Shown piece after piece: positions 38,143 through 47,309 of a stretch of 64,000 nucleotides of DNA. The stretch is from the NCBI GenBank assembly GCA_035538935.1, contig DATLJH010000009.1:18378-82377 (forward strand), written 5' to 3'. The notes under the pieces were generated by a model that was not told the DNA's origin, did no database searches, and saw nothing but the letters and a program-made list of their open reading frames with translations. Position numbers and translations under genes: made by a program. The first letter of the stretch is position 1; every line of letters starts with the position of its first letter. This DNA comes from Sphingomonas sp. Lineage in GTDB: Bacteria > Pseudomonadota > Alphaproteobacteria > Sphingomonadales > Sphingomonadaceae.

Positions 38143-39390
38143 GTGAACGAAGCTGTGGCGGCGACAGGCGGAAGCGGCGCGATCCGCATTCGCGACGCGC
38201 GGGTGGTCGTCACCTGCCCGGGGCGCAATTTCGTCACGCTGGTGATCGAGACCGATCAGGGCATCACCGGGATCGGCGATGCGACGCTCAACGGCCGCGA
38301 GCTTGCGGTCGCGAGCTACCTCACCGATCACGTCATTCCCAACCTGATCGGCCGCGACGCGCACCGGATCGAGGATATCTGGCAGTTCCTCTATCGTGGC
38401 GCCTATTGGCGGCGCGGTCCGGTGACGATGACCGCGATCGCCGCGGTCGATACCGCTTTGTGGGACATCAAGGCCAAGGCGGCGGGGCTGCCGCTTTATC
38501 AGTTGCTCGGCGGGCGCTCGCGCGAGGGCGTGCTCGTCTACGGCCATGCCAACGGCGCCGATATCGAGGCGACGGTCGACCAGGTCGGCGTCTATCGCGA
38601 GATGGGTTATCGCGCGATCCGCGCGCAGAGCGGCATTCCCGGCGTGAAGGGCGCCTATGGCGTCGGCAAGGGCGACCTTTATTATGAGCCCGCCGACGGG
38701 GCATTGCCGACCGAGACCTTGTGGTCCACGCCCGCCTATCTCGCGCATGCACCCAAGCTCTTCGATCGGCTGCGTCAGGTCCATGGCGGCGAGATCGAAC
38801 TGCTCCACGACGTTCATCACCGTCTGACGCCGATCGAGGCGGGGCGGCTGGGCAAGGCGCTCGAGCCCTATCGCCTGTTCTGGATGGAGGATGCGACCCC
38901 CGCCGAGAATCAGGAGGCGTTCCGGCTGATCCGCCAGCACACGGTGACGCCGCTCGCGGTGGGTGAGATCTTCAACTCGATCTGGGATTGCCGCGAGCTG
39001 ATCCAGAACCAACTCATCGATTACATTCGCACCACCGTCGTCCACGCGGGCGGGATCACGCATCTGCGCCGGATCGCCGATCTCGCGAGCCTCTATCAGG
39101 TGCGCACGGGCAGCCATGGCGCGACAGACCTGTCGCCGGTGTGCATGGGCGCCGCGCTCCATTTCGATACCTGGGTGCCCAATTTCGGCATCCAGGAATA
39201 TATGCGTCACACCCCCGAGACCGACGCGGTGTTCCCGCACGATTATCGCTTCGCGGACGGCTATCTGATCGCGGGCGAGACGCCGGGCCACGGTGTCACG
39301 ATCGACGAGAAACTCGCGGCCAAATACCCTTACGATCCCAAGCAGCTTCCGGTCGCGCGGCTCGCCGACGGCACGATGTGGCACTGGTGA
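38143..39390 (+). CDS. manD: D-mannonate dehydratase (ManD/RspA, enolase superfamily)
   Basis: [68 protein letters not shown]. Confidence 0.9.
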   Translation: MNEAVAATGGSGAIRIRDARVVVTCPGRNFVTLVIETDQGITGIGDATLNGRELAVASYLTDHVIPNLIGRDAHRIEDIWQFLYRGAYWRRGPVTMTAIAAVDTALWDIKAKAAGLPLYQLLGGRSREGVLVYGHANGADIEATVDQVGVYREMGYRAIRAQSGIPGVKGAYGVGKGDLYYEPADGALPTETLWSTPAYLAHAPKLFDRLRQVHGGEIELLHDVHHRLTPIEAGRLGKALEPYRLFWMEDATPAENQEAFRLIRQHTVTPLAVGEIFNSIWDCRELIQNQLIDYIRTTVVHAGGITHLRRIADLASLYQVRTGSHGATDLSPVCMGAALHFDTWVPNFGIQEYMRHTPETDAVFPHDYRFADGYLIAGETPGHGVTIDEKLAAKYPYDPKQLPVARLADGTMWHW

Positions 39391-39902
39391 GGCGGCTCGG
39401 CCTGGCGCTGCTGCCGGGCGCCGCCATCGCCGAGCGCAGCGACCGGCCGATCGAGGGCGTGGCGATCGACCGTGTTCGACGCGCGTACTGCCGGCAGCGC
39501 CGCCGCGCCGGCGAGTGAGGCAACCGCGCCAGGCCTTCGACGCTGCCGATTGGACGCACGTCGCGGTGTCGCACAATTGGCAGGGCTGTTTGTACGATCG
39601 TCAGGCGCACACAATGACTCGCGCTACGGCGCGTCTGGTGCCGCAAGGCGCGACGATCGAGCCGCCGGCAGTCTGTCGATCTCGGCACTATTTCGATTCG
39701 AATGATCCATCGAGGCGGTGTGGCGACGGTGCAACAGTGCGCGCAATATTTGTCTGATATGTCAATCGCGTGCTGGCTCTGTGAAGTACAACAAGCTTTC
39801 GTGCATGAAAGCGACTTGACTGAGATACCACAATGGTAGATTGATATTCCCATGTTCGGCCGAGAGAAGCGCGGATCACGCGCCGCACGATGGGAGAAGA
39901 AG

Positions 39903-42527
39903 ATGTCTGACAAGGTTTCTCTGCTGGGTTCCGTCGCGATGGCGGCAATGGTGCTGGCGCCGCCCGCCGCGCACGCGCAGGCGGTCAACGCCGCGTCCGC
40001 GGCAGCGCCGGCCGCCGGCGCCGCTCTTCAGGACGAGGGCGCGGCCACGGACGGCGAGATCGTCGTGACGGGCCTGCGCGCGTCGCTTTCGAATGCCGCT
40101 GCGATCAAGCGGACGTCCGGTCAGATCCAGGATTCGATCGTCGCGGAGGATATCGGCAAGCTGCCCGATACCAACATCGCCGAAACGCTCCAGCGCATCC
40201 CGGGCGTGCAAATCTCGCGCAATACCCGCGGCGAGGGCAATTCCTATGTCGTCCATGGCCTGAAGGAGGTGATGACGACGGTGAACGGCCGCCAGCTCTT
40301 CGGCACCACCGATCGTTCCGCGCATCTGCTCGATTTCTCCTCCGACATTCTGTCGGGCGTCGACGTCTACAAGACCGCGACCGCCGATCAGATCGAAGGC
40401 GGGCTCGGCGGGCTCATCAACATCCACACCGCGCATCCGTTCGATTTCGACGGTTTTCATCTCGCCTTGACCGGCGCCGCCACCTACTCCGAATTTCAGG
40501 ATAAGGCGGGGCCGCGCATTTCCGGTGTGGTCTCCAACCGGTGGCAGACGGGCATCGGCGAGATCGGCGTGTTGCTGGGCGGCCAGTTCGAGCGTTATTA
40601 TTCGGGGGGATACCAGACCTCGACGAACGGCTATTCGGACAATGACAGCCTGTTCGACGTGAATGGTGACGGCGCCACGGGCACGGACGCCGATCTGGTT
40701 ACGCTCCCCGGACGGGTGCGTCCGCGCTATGAAATCGGAAACCGCGTTCGTTCCGGATTCTACGGCGCGGTGCAGTGGCGCCCGAGTGACGCGCTCGAAC
40801 TTCATCTCGATACGACCTACACCCATTCGGGCGGACATTCGTATACGCAGCAGCTTTCGGTGGAGACCGACGGCGCGAGCAGCGGGACCGGCACACCGAC
40901 ATTCAAGGACGGATCGACGGTGGCATCGAGCTACTCGATCGCCAATCCGGTGCTGAAATCGGGCGTTGGGCAAGCCGACAATCCATACGACACGATCAAT
41001 GTCGCCTTCGGCGGCAAATACACCGCGGATCGCTTCACGCTGTCGGCCGAGGGTTCCTACGTGCGCAGCCACGGCCCGTTCTACTATCGCAGCGCCACGA
41101 TCACCGCGCGCGCGGACCGCGCGGATTTCAATCTCGACGGCGATACGCCCGATGTCGCGGTCTCGGGTATCGATCTCACCGATCCCGACGCCTACGGCAA
41201 TGTCAGCTATTTCGAATACGGCACTCAGCAAGACGGCCGCGAGCCCTCGTTCCGCGTCGATGCGAGCTACGATCTCGACGCCGGCCCGATCAAGACGCTG
41301 ATGGCCGGTTTCCGCTGGGCGCACCATCGCGCGATCTACGACTTCCTGTCGCAGGGCGGAAACGGGCTGACCCAGCCTTATTCGGCGATCACCGAGCTGA
41401 CGCCCGACGATCTGTTCACCGATCAGGACGTCTCGACCAACCAGTGGGTCGCGATCCGGCATCGCTTCATGAACAATGCGGCGCGCACCCGCGCGCTGTT
41501 CGGCCTGCCGCCGGGTGATCCGGCCGCCGATCCGGGCAGCCACTACGATTATCGCGAGACGACGCTTGCCGGCTATGCCGAGACGCAGTTCGGCTTTGAC
41601 CTCGGATCGCTGCCGGTCGACGGCAATCTCGGCCTGCGTTACGTCCGCACCGACGGCGAGCAGACCGTGCTCGTCGAGGACGAGAATGGCGACTATCAGC
41701 CGCTGACCGGCGGCACGCCCTACGAGAACTGGCTGCCGAGCGCCAATATCCGCTTCCAGTTCACGCCCGATCTGTTCCTGCGCCTCGCTTATTCGAAGGC
41801 GATCACGCGGCCGGAATTCGGAAAGCTTTCGCCGGCGCTGCTGCTCAATCCCGTCAGCATGACGGCGAGCGGCGGGAACCCCGCGCTCAAGCCGACCAGG
41901 GCCGATCAGTATGACGCCAGCCTCGAATATTATTTCGGCAAGTCGAACTATGCTGCAGCGTCGGTCTTCTACAAGGACGTCACCGGATTCGTTCAGGAAT
42001 TCTACGCCGACGAAACGATCAACGGCGAAACCTACCAGGTCAGCCGTCCGCGCAACAGCGGCGACGGCACGATCAAAGGCTTCGAGCTTACCTATCAGCA
42101 ATTTTTCGATTTCCTGCCGGGCGTGCTTTCCGGGCTCGGCATCCAGGGCAACTATACCTATGTGGACAGCGCGCTGGAGATCGTCGGCATCGACCGCAAA
42201 GTGCCTGCCGACCAGCTTTCGAAGAACGCCTACAACGTCACCGGCATTTACGAGAAGGGGCCGGTCTCGCTTCACGTCTCGTACAACTGGCGCTCGCGCA
42301 GCATCCAGAGCAACAATGCCGATCCGCTGCAAAGCGTGTGGAACGCGCCGCAGGAATCGCTCGATGTCTCGGCGACTTACAACGTGACCGACTGGCTCTC
42401 GGTCAAGGCGGACATGGTCAACGCGACTGTCGCCTATCAGAATCAATATTACGGCACCGCGCTCAGGCCGTCGCTGGCGAACCAGCGTGACCGCTCGTAT
42501 CAGCTCGGGTTCCACATCAACTTCTGA
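39903..42527 (+). CDS. TonB-dependent receptor
   Basis: Signal peptide, EIVVTGLRASL, plug DSIVAEDIGKLPDTNIAETLQRIPGVQI, GNPALKP, C-terminal Phe. Confidence 0.93.
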   Translation: MSDKVSLLGSVAMAAMVLAPPAAHAQAVNAASAAAPAAGAALQDEGAATDGEIVVTGLRASLSNAAAIKRTSGQIQDSIVAEDIGKLPDTNIAETLQRIPGVQISRNTRGEGNSYVVHGLKEVMTTVNGRQLFGTTDRSAHLLDFSSDILSGVDVYKTATADQIEGGLGGLINIHTAHPFDFDGFHLALTGAATYSEFQDKAGPRISGVVSNRWQTGIGEIGVLLGGQFERYYSGGYQTSTNGYSDNDSLFDVNGDGATGTDADLVTLPGRVRPRYEIGNRVRSGFYGAVQWRPSDALELHLDTTYTHSGGHSYTQQLSVETDGASSGTGTPTFKDGSTVASSYSIANPVLKSGVGQADNPYDTINVAFGGKYTADRFTLSAEGSYVRSHGPFYYRSATITARADRADFNLDGDTPDVAVSGIDLTDPDAYGNVSYFEYGTQQDGREPSFRVDASYDLDAGPIKTLMAGFRWAHHRAIYDFLSQGGNGLTQPYSAITELTPDDLFTDQDVSTNQWVAIRHRFMNNAARTRALFGLPPGDPAADPGSHYDYRETTLAGYAETQFGFDLGSLPVDGNLGLRYVRTDGEQTVLVEDENGDYQPLTGGTPYENWLPSANIRFQFTPDLFLRLAYSKAITRPEFGKLSPALLLNPVSMTASGGNPALKPTRADQYDASLEYYFGKSNYAAASVFYKDVTGFVQEFYADETINGETYQVSRPRNSGDGTIKGFELTYQQFFDFLPGVLSGLGIQGNYTYVDSALEIVGIDRKVPADQLSKNAYNVTGIYEKGPVSLHVSYNWRSRSIQSNNADPLQSVWNAPQESLDVSATYNVTDWLSVKADMVNATVAYQNQYYGTALRPSLANQRDRSYQLGFHINF

Positions 42528-42565
42528 TCCTTGATCGGAAGCAAAAGGGGGAAGAGGCTGGGCGC

Positions 42566-43840
42566 ATGACTCGTGCATCCAGCCTCTTGTCGTCCGCGGC
42601 CCTCGCGGCATTCGCGCTACTCCTCGCCGTGCCCGCGTCGGCGCAGCTCGACGGCAATTCGGACGAGGCGAAGGTGGGCGCCTATACGCTGCCCGATCCG
42701 CTGGTGATGGCGGACGGCACGCGCGTCACCAGCGCCGAACAATGGACGACCCGCCGCCGGCCCGAGCTGCTCGCGCTCTTCACGCATCATATCTACGGCG
42801 TCGTGCCGCCCGCGCCCGAGCACATGCGGGTCGAGGTGACCGATCTCGATCGCCACGCGCTCGACGGTCGTGCGGTGCGCAAGCAGGTGACGCTCCTTTT
42901 CGACGGCCGCGCGGAGGGGCCGCAGACGTCGCTGCTGCTCTACCTGCCCGCCGGCGCAAAGGGGCCGGTGCCGGTCTTCGTCGGCCTCAATTTCCACGGC
43001 AACCAGGCCGTCGCGGCCGATCCGGCGATCCACATCGCGACCGGCTGGGTCGCGGCGCCGGGCAAGGGCATCGTCAAGCATCGCGCGACCGAGGCCTCGC
43101 GCGGGATCGAGGCCGGCGAATGGCCGATCGCGCAGATCCTCGCGGCGGGCTACGGCGTCGCGACCTTCTTCCCCGGCGACCTCTACCCCGACGGCGACGG
43201 CAAGCGCGCCGACAGCATCCAGCCGCATTATCCGATCAGCCCCTCGGCGCCCGATCATTGGGGTGTGATCGCCACCTGGGCCTGGGGGCTGAGCCGCGCC
43301 TGCGACTATCTCGTGACCGATCCGGACGTGGACGAACACCGCGTCATCGCGATCGGCCATTCGCGCTACGGCAAGGCGGCGCTCTGGGCAGGCGCCGTCG
43401 ATCCGCGCTTCGCGATGGTCGTCTCGAACGACAGCGGGGAGGGCGGGGCCGCGCTCTATCGCCGCGATTTCGGCGAGACGATCCGGGTGATGAACGATTA
43501 CTGGTTCGCGCCCCGCTTCAAGACCTATGCGTCACGCGCGGAGGCGCTGCCGATCGATGCGCACGAGCTGATCGCGCTGATCGCGCCGCGCCCCGTCTAC
43601 GTCGCGAGCGCGACCGAGGATTGGTGGTCGGACCCGAAAGGCGAGTTCCTCGCCGCGCGCGGGGCCGATCGGGTCTATCACCTGTTCGGCTACAAGGGCC
43701 TGGAGACCGACACCATGCCGCGCCCCGATCATCCGATCGGCGGTCGTATCGGCTATCACATCCGCACCGGCCCGCACGAGATCACGCCGGAGGACTGGAC
43801 CAACTACATCGCCTTCGCGGATCGCACCCTGAAACGCTAG
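42566..43840 (+). CDS. CE15 glucuronoyl esterase-family protein
   Basis: Signal peptide; YTLPDPL, LNFHGN, WGVIATWAWGLSR, nucleophile motif GHSRYGK, SGEGGAAL.RR..GET, ELIALIAPRP, GPHEIT. Confidence 0.87.
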   Translation: MTRASSLLSSAALAAFALLLAVPASAQLDGNSDEAKVGAYTLPDPLVMADGTRVTSAEQWTTRRRPELLALFTHHIYGVVPPAPEHMRVEVTDLDRHALDGRAVRKQVTLLFDGRAEGPQTSLLLYLPAGAKGPVPVFVGLNFHGNQAVAADPAIHIATGWVAAPGKGIVKHRATEASRGIEAGEWPIAQILAAGYGVATFFPGDLYPDGDGKRADSIQPHYPISPSAPDHWGVIATWAWGLSRACDYLVTDPDVDEHRVIAIGHSRYGKAALWAGAVDPRFAMVVSNDSGEGGAALYRRDFGETIRVMNDYWFAPRFKTYASRAEALPIDAHELIALIAPRPVYVASATEDWWSDPKGEFLAARGADRVYHLFGYKGLETDTMPRPDHPIGGRIGYHIRTGPHEITPEDWTNYIAFADRTLKR

Positions 43841-43977
43841 AGCGTCGAGCGTTTAACTGATCCGTTCGCTTCGAGCGACGTCGAGAAGCATGTTTGAGGT
43901 GCTGCGCACTGTTTCTCGACTGCGCTCGAAACGAACGGAGTTGGGAGGTGATCCCGATTTTGAGCACGATGCGCTAG
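43837..43977. repeat. About 141 bp CTAG-bounded nested palindromic MITE/REP-like element
   Basis: CTAGAGCGTCGAGCGTTTAA ... GAGCACGATGCGCTAG outer arms; inner hairpin CCGTTCGCTTCGAGC..GTCGAGAA / TTCTCGAC..GCTCGAAACGAACGG. Confidence 0.72.
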
Positions 43978-44049
43978 CGGCACCAGCCAGCATCGGGTGA
44001 ACGGTGTCCCACACCGTTCAGGCCGTGCCGGGGGCACGGCCGACCTGAT

Positions 44050-44104
44050 GCTCCCCCACCCGACCTCCCATAGAATACCCTGTTGGGAGGTCGGGTGGGG
44101 GAGC
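44050..44104. repeat. Perfect 21 bp inverted repeat with a 13 nt loop
   Basis: GCTCCCCCACCCGACCTCCCA-tagaataccctgt-TGGGAGGTCGGGTGGGGGAGC. Confidence 0.85.
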
Positions 44105-44190
44105 GGGCCGGTGCCGATCCGGCGAAGCTGAAAACAGTCGCGCTTGCGACGGCGCCGGTCGGATGGCTCCGCCCGACGCCGCGCCCCCCT

Positions 44191-47082
44191 TTACGGTGTC
44201 CTCAGCCTGAGCGAGATGCCGATGCGGCGATCCTCCTGCAGGTAATCGCGCGGGTGGTTGGGCGTCGCCTGATAGCTCTGCTTCATCTCGCGCGTCAGGT
44301 TGACGCCGTCGAGGCTGACCGAGAAGAACGGCGTGAAATCATAAGAGATGCTGGCGTCGAGCTGGCCGTAGGGGCGGCGATAGATCGGCACCGCGCCGGT
44401 GCCGTTGCCGTTGACGGTGTCCAGATAGTCGTTGCGCCAGTTCCACGCCGCGCGCGCGGTGAAGCCGTATTTCTCGTAGAAGCCGACGAGGTTGTAGCTC
44501 CACCGCGACAGCCCTTGCAGCGGCGTCTGCAACGGGCGGCCGTTGGCGTCGAACGAGACGAGGCTCGGCGCCTTCGAATCGACATAGGTGAGGTTGGCCT
44601 GCGCGCCGAAACCATCGAATGGCGAAGGCAGGAAGCTGAAGAAGGTGTTGCCGCCGACCTCGAAGCCCTTGATCGTGCCGGCGTCGCCGTTGACCTGCGC
44701 CGTCACCTGGAAGGTCTGCGGCCCCTTGCCGGGCACGTCGAAGGTCTGATCGTAGACCGCGGTGCCCTCGAAATTCTTGACCTTCTTGTAGAACAAGGTG
44801 CCGTAAAGCATCGTCGTCGAACTCGGATACCATTCGAGTGCGATGTCGGCCTGGTCGACGGTCAGCGGCTTGAGGTTCGGATTGCCGCCGGTGCCGGTGT
44901 TGTTGACGAATTCGGGCGTGCAGGCCGGATCGGAGGCATCGCCGCCGTCGGGGCACCCCGTGGGCGTGCGGTAATTCTCCGTCAGGTTGAAGATCGCGCG
45001 CATGTCATAGAAGGGCGGGCGCGAGAGCCCACGCGAAGCCGCGAAGCGCGCCTGCAGATTGTCGGTGAGGTGGTAGCGCAGGTTCAGGCTGGGCAGCACC
45101 TCGGTATAATCCTGCGCGCCGCTGAACGGGGTGGTGACGTTGATGTCGGTCGTAGGCGCGTCGGCGTCGCGATAGGTGAGCACGTACTGCCCGACGGCGT
45201 CGTTCTTGGTCTTGATGACGCGCACGCCGATATTGCCGTCGAGCGGCAGGCCCCCGCTGCGCGCGAAATCGAAGCGCAGCATCGCATAGGCGGCGTAGGT
45301 CTTCTCGTGCTGCGTGTTGATGTCGTTGCCGGTGTAGTCGATCAGATTGCGCGGATAGGGGCCCGCGCCGCCCGAAGGCCCGGCGGCTTCCGAAAGATTG
45401 AGGAAGGTCTCGCCGCCGTTGCGCAAGGTCGGCCAATTGAAGAAGGGCACGTTGCCCACCACCCCCGTGCCGTCGCCATAGAAGAAATCGGCGTCGAACG
45501 GGTTCGAGATCGCATAATTGGTGAGCGGCAGCGAATTGCCCGCCCAGGGTGCCGACAGGAACTGCCAGTTGTACGGCGTCGAGCGGTTGATCGCCGAGCG
45601 ATCGGTGTAGCGCACGCCCGCGGTGAAATCCTGGAGCACGCTGCCTTCGTCGAAATCCCATTCGAGGTCGAGCCGGCCGGCATATTCATGCGCGTTGCTG
45701 TCCTCGAGGTGATCCATCAGCGCGATGATGTAGTAATTCGCCGGATCGTCGACGCCCGCGGGGCCGAACTGGATCTGCGGCAGCTTGCCCGACAGATCGA
45801 TCGAGAGCGTGCCGCCGTCGCGTTGCGGGAAGGCGGTGAAGCTGCGGTTCTCGGCGGTGGCGTCGACATATTGGAAGTCGCCGTTGATCTTGAGGTGATC
45901 GCCCGCGTGCCACTTGAACCCGGCCGAATAATCGGTGGTGATCGATCGGTTGCTGGTGAACTGGGTGTTGTTCGCGGTCGCGCCGAAGCCCGAGAAGCTG
46001 CCGCTGACGAATGTCCCGTCCTCGTCGAACGCGAACGGCCCGTTCGGCTGCATCGTGTTGGTCGCGCAATTGACGTCGGTGCCGCAGGTGACGAACGACG
46101 TGTAGTTGGGCGTCTCGATCAGATAATCGGTGCGGAACACCTGGCCGTAGAATTCGAGATCGCTCGACGGCGCCCATTGCACCGCGCCGTAGAAGCCGCG
46201 CCGCTTGCGCTGGCCGAAGGTGATGCCGATCCCCGCACCGTCGGGGACGGAGCGCACCGTGCCTTCGGAACCAGGGATGTCGCTGCGGTCGAAATAGGGC
46301 TCGATCGTGATGTCGTCGGATCGGAACGCGCCCTCGAAGGTGGAGACGTCGACGAGCACGCCGATGTCGCCGATCCCGGTCTTCCAGCGCTTGCTCGCGA
46401 GCAGCGAGGCGTTGAAGCGGCTGTCGTCGATCAGGTCGTAATAGTTGAGCCCGACCGTGCCCGAGAGGAGGAGCTTGTCGTCCGCCTGGTCGAACGGCAT
46501 CCGCGTGCGCAGGTTGACGAGGCCGCCCACGCCGCCCTCGATCATCATCGCCGACGGGTTCTTGTAGACGTCGACGCCGGCGAGCAGCTCCGAGGGCACG
46601 TCCTCGAAGCTCAGCGCACGGCCGGTGTTGCCACGTGTTCCATCACCGAAGCTCGCGCCGAAGACATCGCGGCCGTTGACCTCGGTGCGCACCTGGGTGA
46701 GGCCGCGGATGGCGATGCTCGATCCCTCGCCGCGGTTGCGCGTGATCTGGATGCCCGAGATGCGTTGCAGCGCCTCGGCGACGTTCTTGTCGGGCAGCTT
46801 GCCGATGTCGATCGCGGTGACCGAATCGACGAACTGGCCCGAATTGCGCTTGATCGCCTGCGCGGAGGCGAGCGAGGCGCGCAGGCCGGTGACGACGATC
46901 GTGTCGGCTTCTTGGTCGTCGGGCGGAAGCTGCTGATCGGGCGGCGGCGCATCGGCGGTGGGCTCCGTCGTCGTCTGTGCGCGCGCGGGAACCGCCAGCA
47001 GCGCGAGCGCCGAAGCGCCGACCAGCCAGGCCGTTCGCAGGGCCGCCGTCGCGCTGCCCGTCCGCGTGTCGATCACCGCCAT
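44191..47082 (-). CDS. TonB-dependent receptor
   Basis: Signal peptide, TIVVTGLRASL, DSVTAIDIGKLPDKNVAEALQRISGIQITR, DVPSELLAGVDVYK, GGNPNLKP, YGQLDASISY. Confidence 0.93.
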   Translation of the reverse strand: MAVIDTRTGSATAALRTAWLVGASALALLAVPARAQTTTEPTADAPPPDQQLPPDDQEADTIVVTGLRASLASAQAIKRNSGQFVDSVTAIDIGKLPDKNVAEALQRISGIQITRNRGEGSSIAIRGLTQVRTEVNGRDVFGASFGDGTRGNTGRALSFEDVPSELLAGVDVYKNPSAMMIEGGVGGLVNLRTRMPFDQADDKLLLSGTVGLNYYDLIDDSRFNASLLASKRWKTGIGDIGVLVDVSTFEGAFRSDDITIEPYFDRSDIPGSEGTVRSVPDGAGIGITFGQRKRRGFYGAVQWAPSSDLEFYGQVFRTDYLIETPNYTSFVTCGTDVNCATNTMQPNGPFAFDEDGTFVSGSFSGFGATANNTQFTSNRSITTDYSAGFKWHAGDHLKINGDFQYVDATAENRSFTAFPQRDGGTLSIDLSGKLPQIQFGPAGVDDPANYYIIALMDHLEDSNAHEYAGRLDLEWDFDEGSVLQDFTAGVRYTDRSAINRSTPYNWQFLSAPWAGNSLPLTNYAISNPFDADFFYGDGTGVVGNVPFFNWPTLRNGGETFLNLSEAAGPSGGAGPYPRNLIDYTGNDINTQHEKTYAAYAMLRFDFARSGGLPLDGNIGVRVIKTKNDAVGQYVLTYRDADAPTTDINVTTPFSGAQDYTEVLPSLNLRYHLTDNLQARFAASRGLSRPPFYDMRAIFNLTENYRTPTGCPDGGDASDPACTPEFVNNTGTGGNPNLKPLTVDQADIALEWYPSSTTMLYGTLFYKKVKNFEGTAVYDQTFDVPGKGPQTFQVTAQVNGDAGTIKGFEVGGNTFFSFLPSPFDGFGAQANLTYVDSKAPSLVSFDANGRPLQTPLQGLSRWSYNLVGFYEKYGFTARAAWNWRNDYLDTVNGNGTGAVPIYRRPYGQLDASISYDFTPFFSVSLDGVNLTREMKQSYQATPNHPRDYLQEDRRIGISLRLRTP

Positions 47083-47246
47083 TGTCGCACCCCTCCCAAG
47101 GCCCGCGATTTCGGGTCTTTCTCCCAAGAGAGCACCGCCAACCGGCCCCTCGCGCCGCGCATCGATCGCGGGCCTCTCGCGGGCCCTGTCGGCGGCATGA
47201 CGATAGCGGTATCACTTCGCCCAACTATCGTCTACAAAAAAACAGA

Positions 47247-47259
47247 GCATATATGAAAA
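47247..47259. promoter_or_regulatory. Candidate IclR-type operator
   Basis: The reverse complement TTTTCATATATGC differs by one base from the site upstream of fucD; lies between the divergent TBDR and halogenase genes. Confidence 0.5.
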
Positions 47260-47309
47260 TTGGCGTGCGCGGCGGCGTGCGCTACACGCGCAATGCGGGG
47301 AGAATGAGG

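Noticed and set aside
39391-39902. Long leader before the first TBDR as a possible riboswitch
   Set aside because: No recognisable cobalamin or TPP riboswitch core; the AT-rich part is explained by promoter and operator sites.
44083-47256. 1057 aa plus-strand ORF
   Set aside because: Antisense shadow of the second TBDR; the same applies to 39876-42611 opposite the first TBDR.
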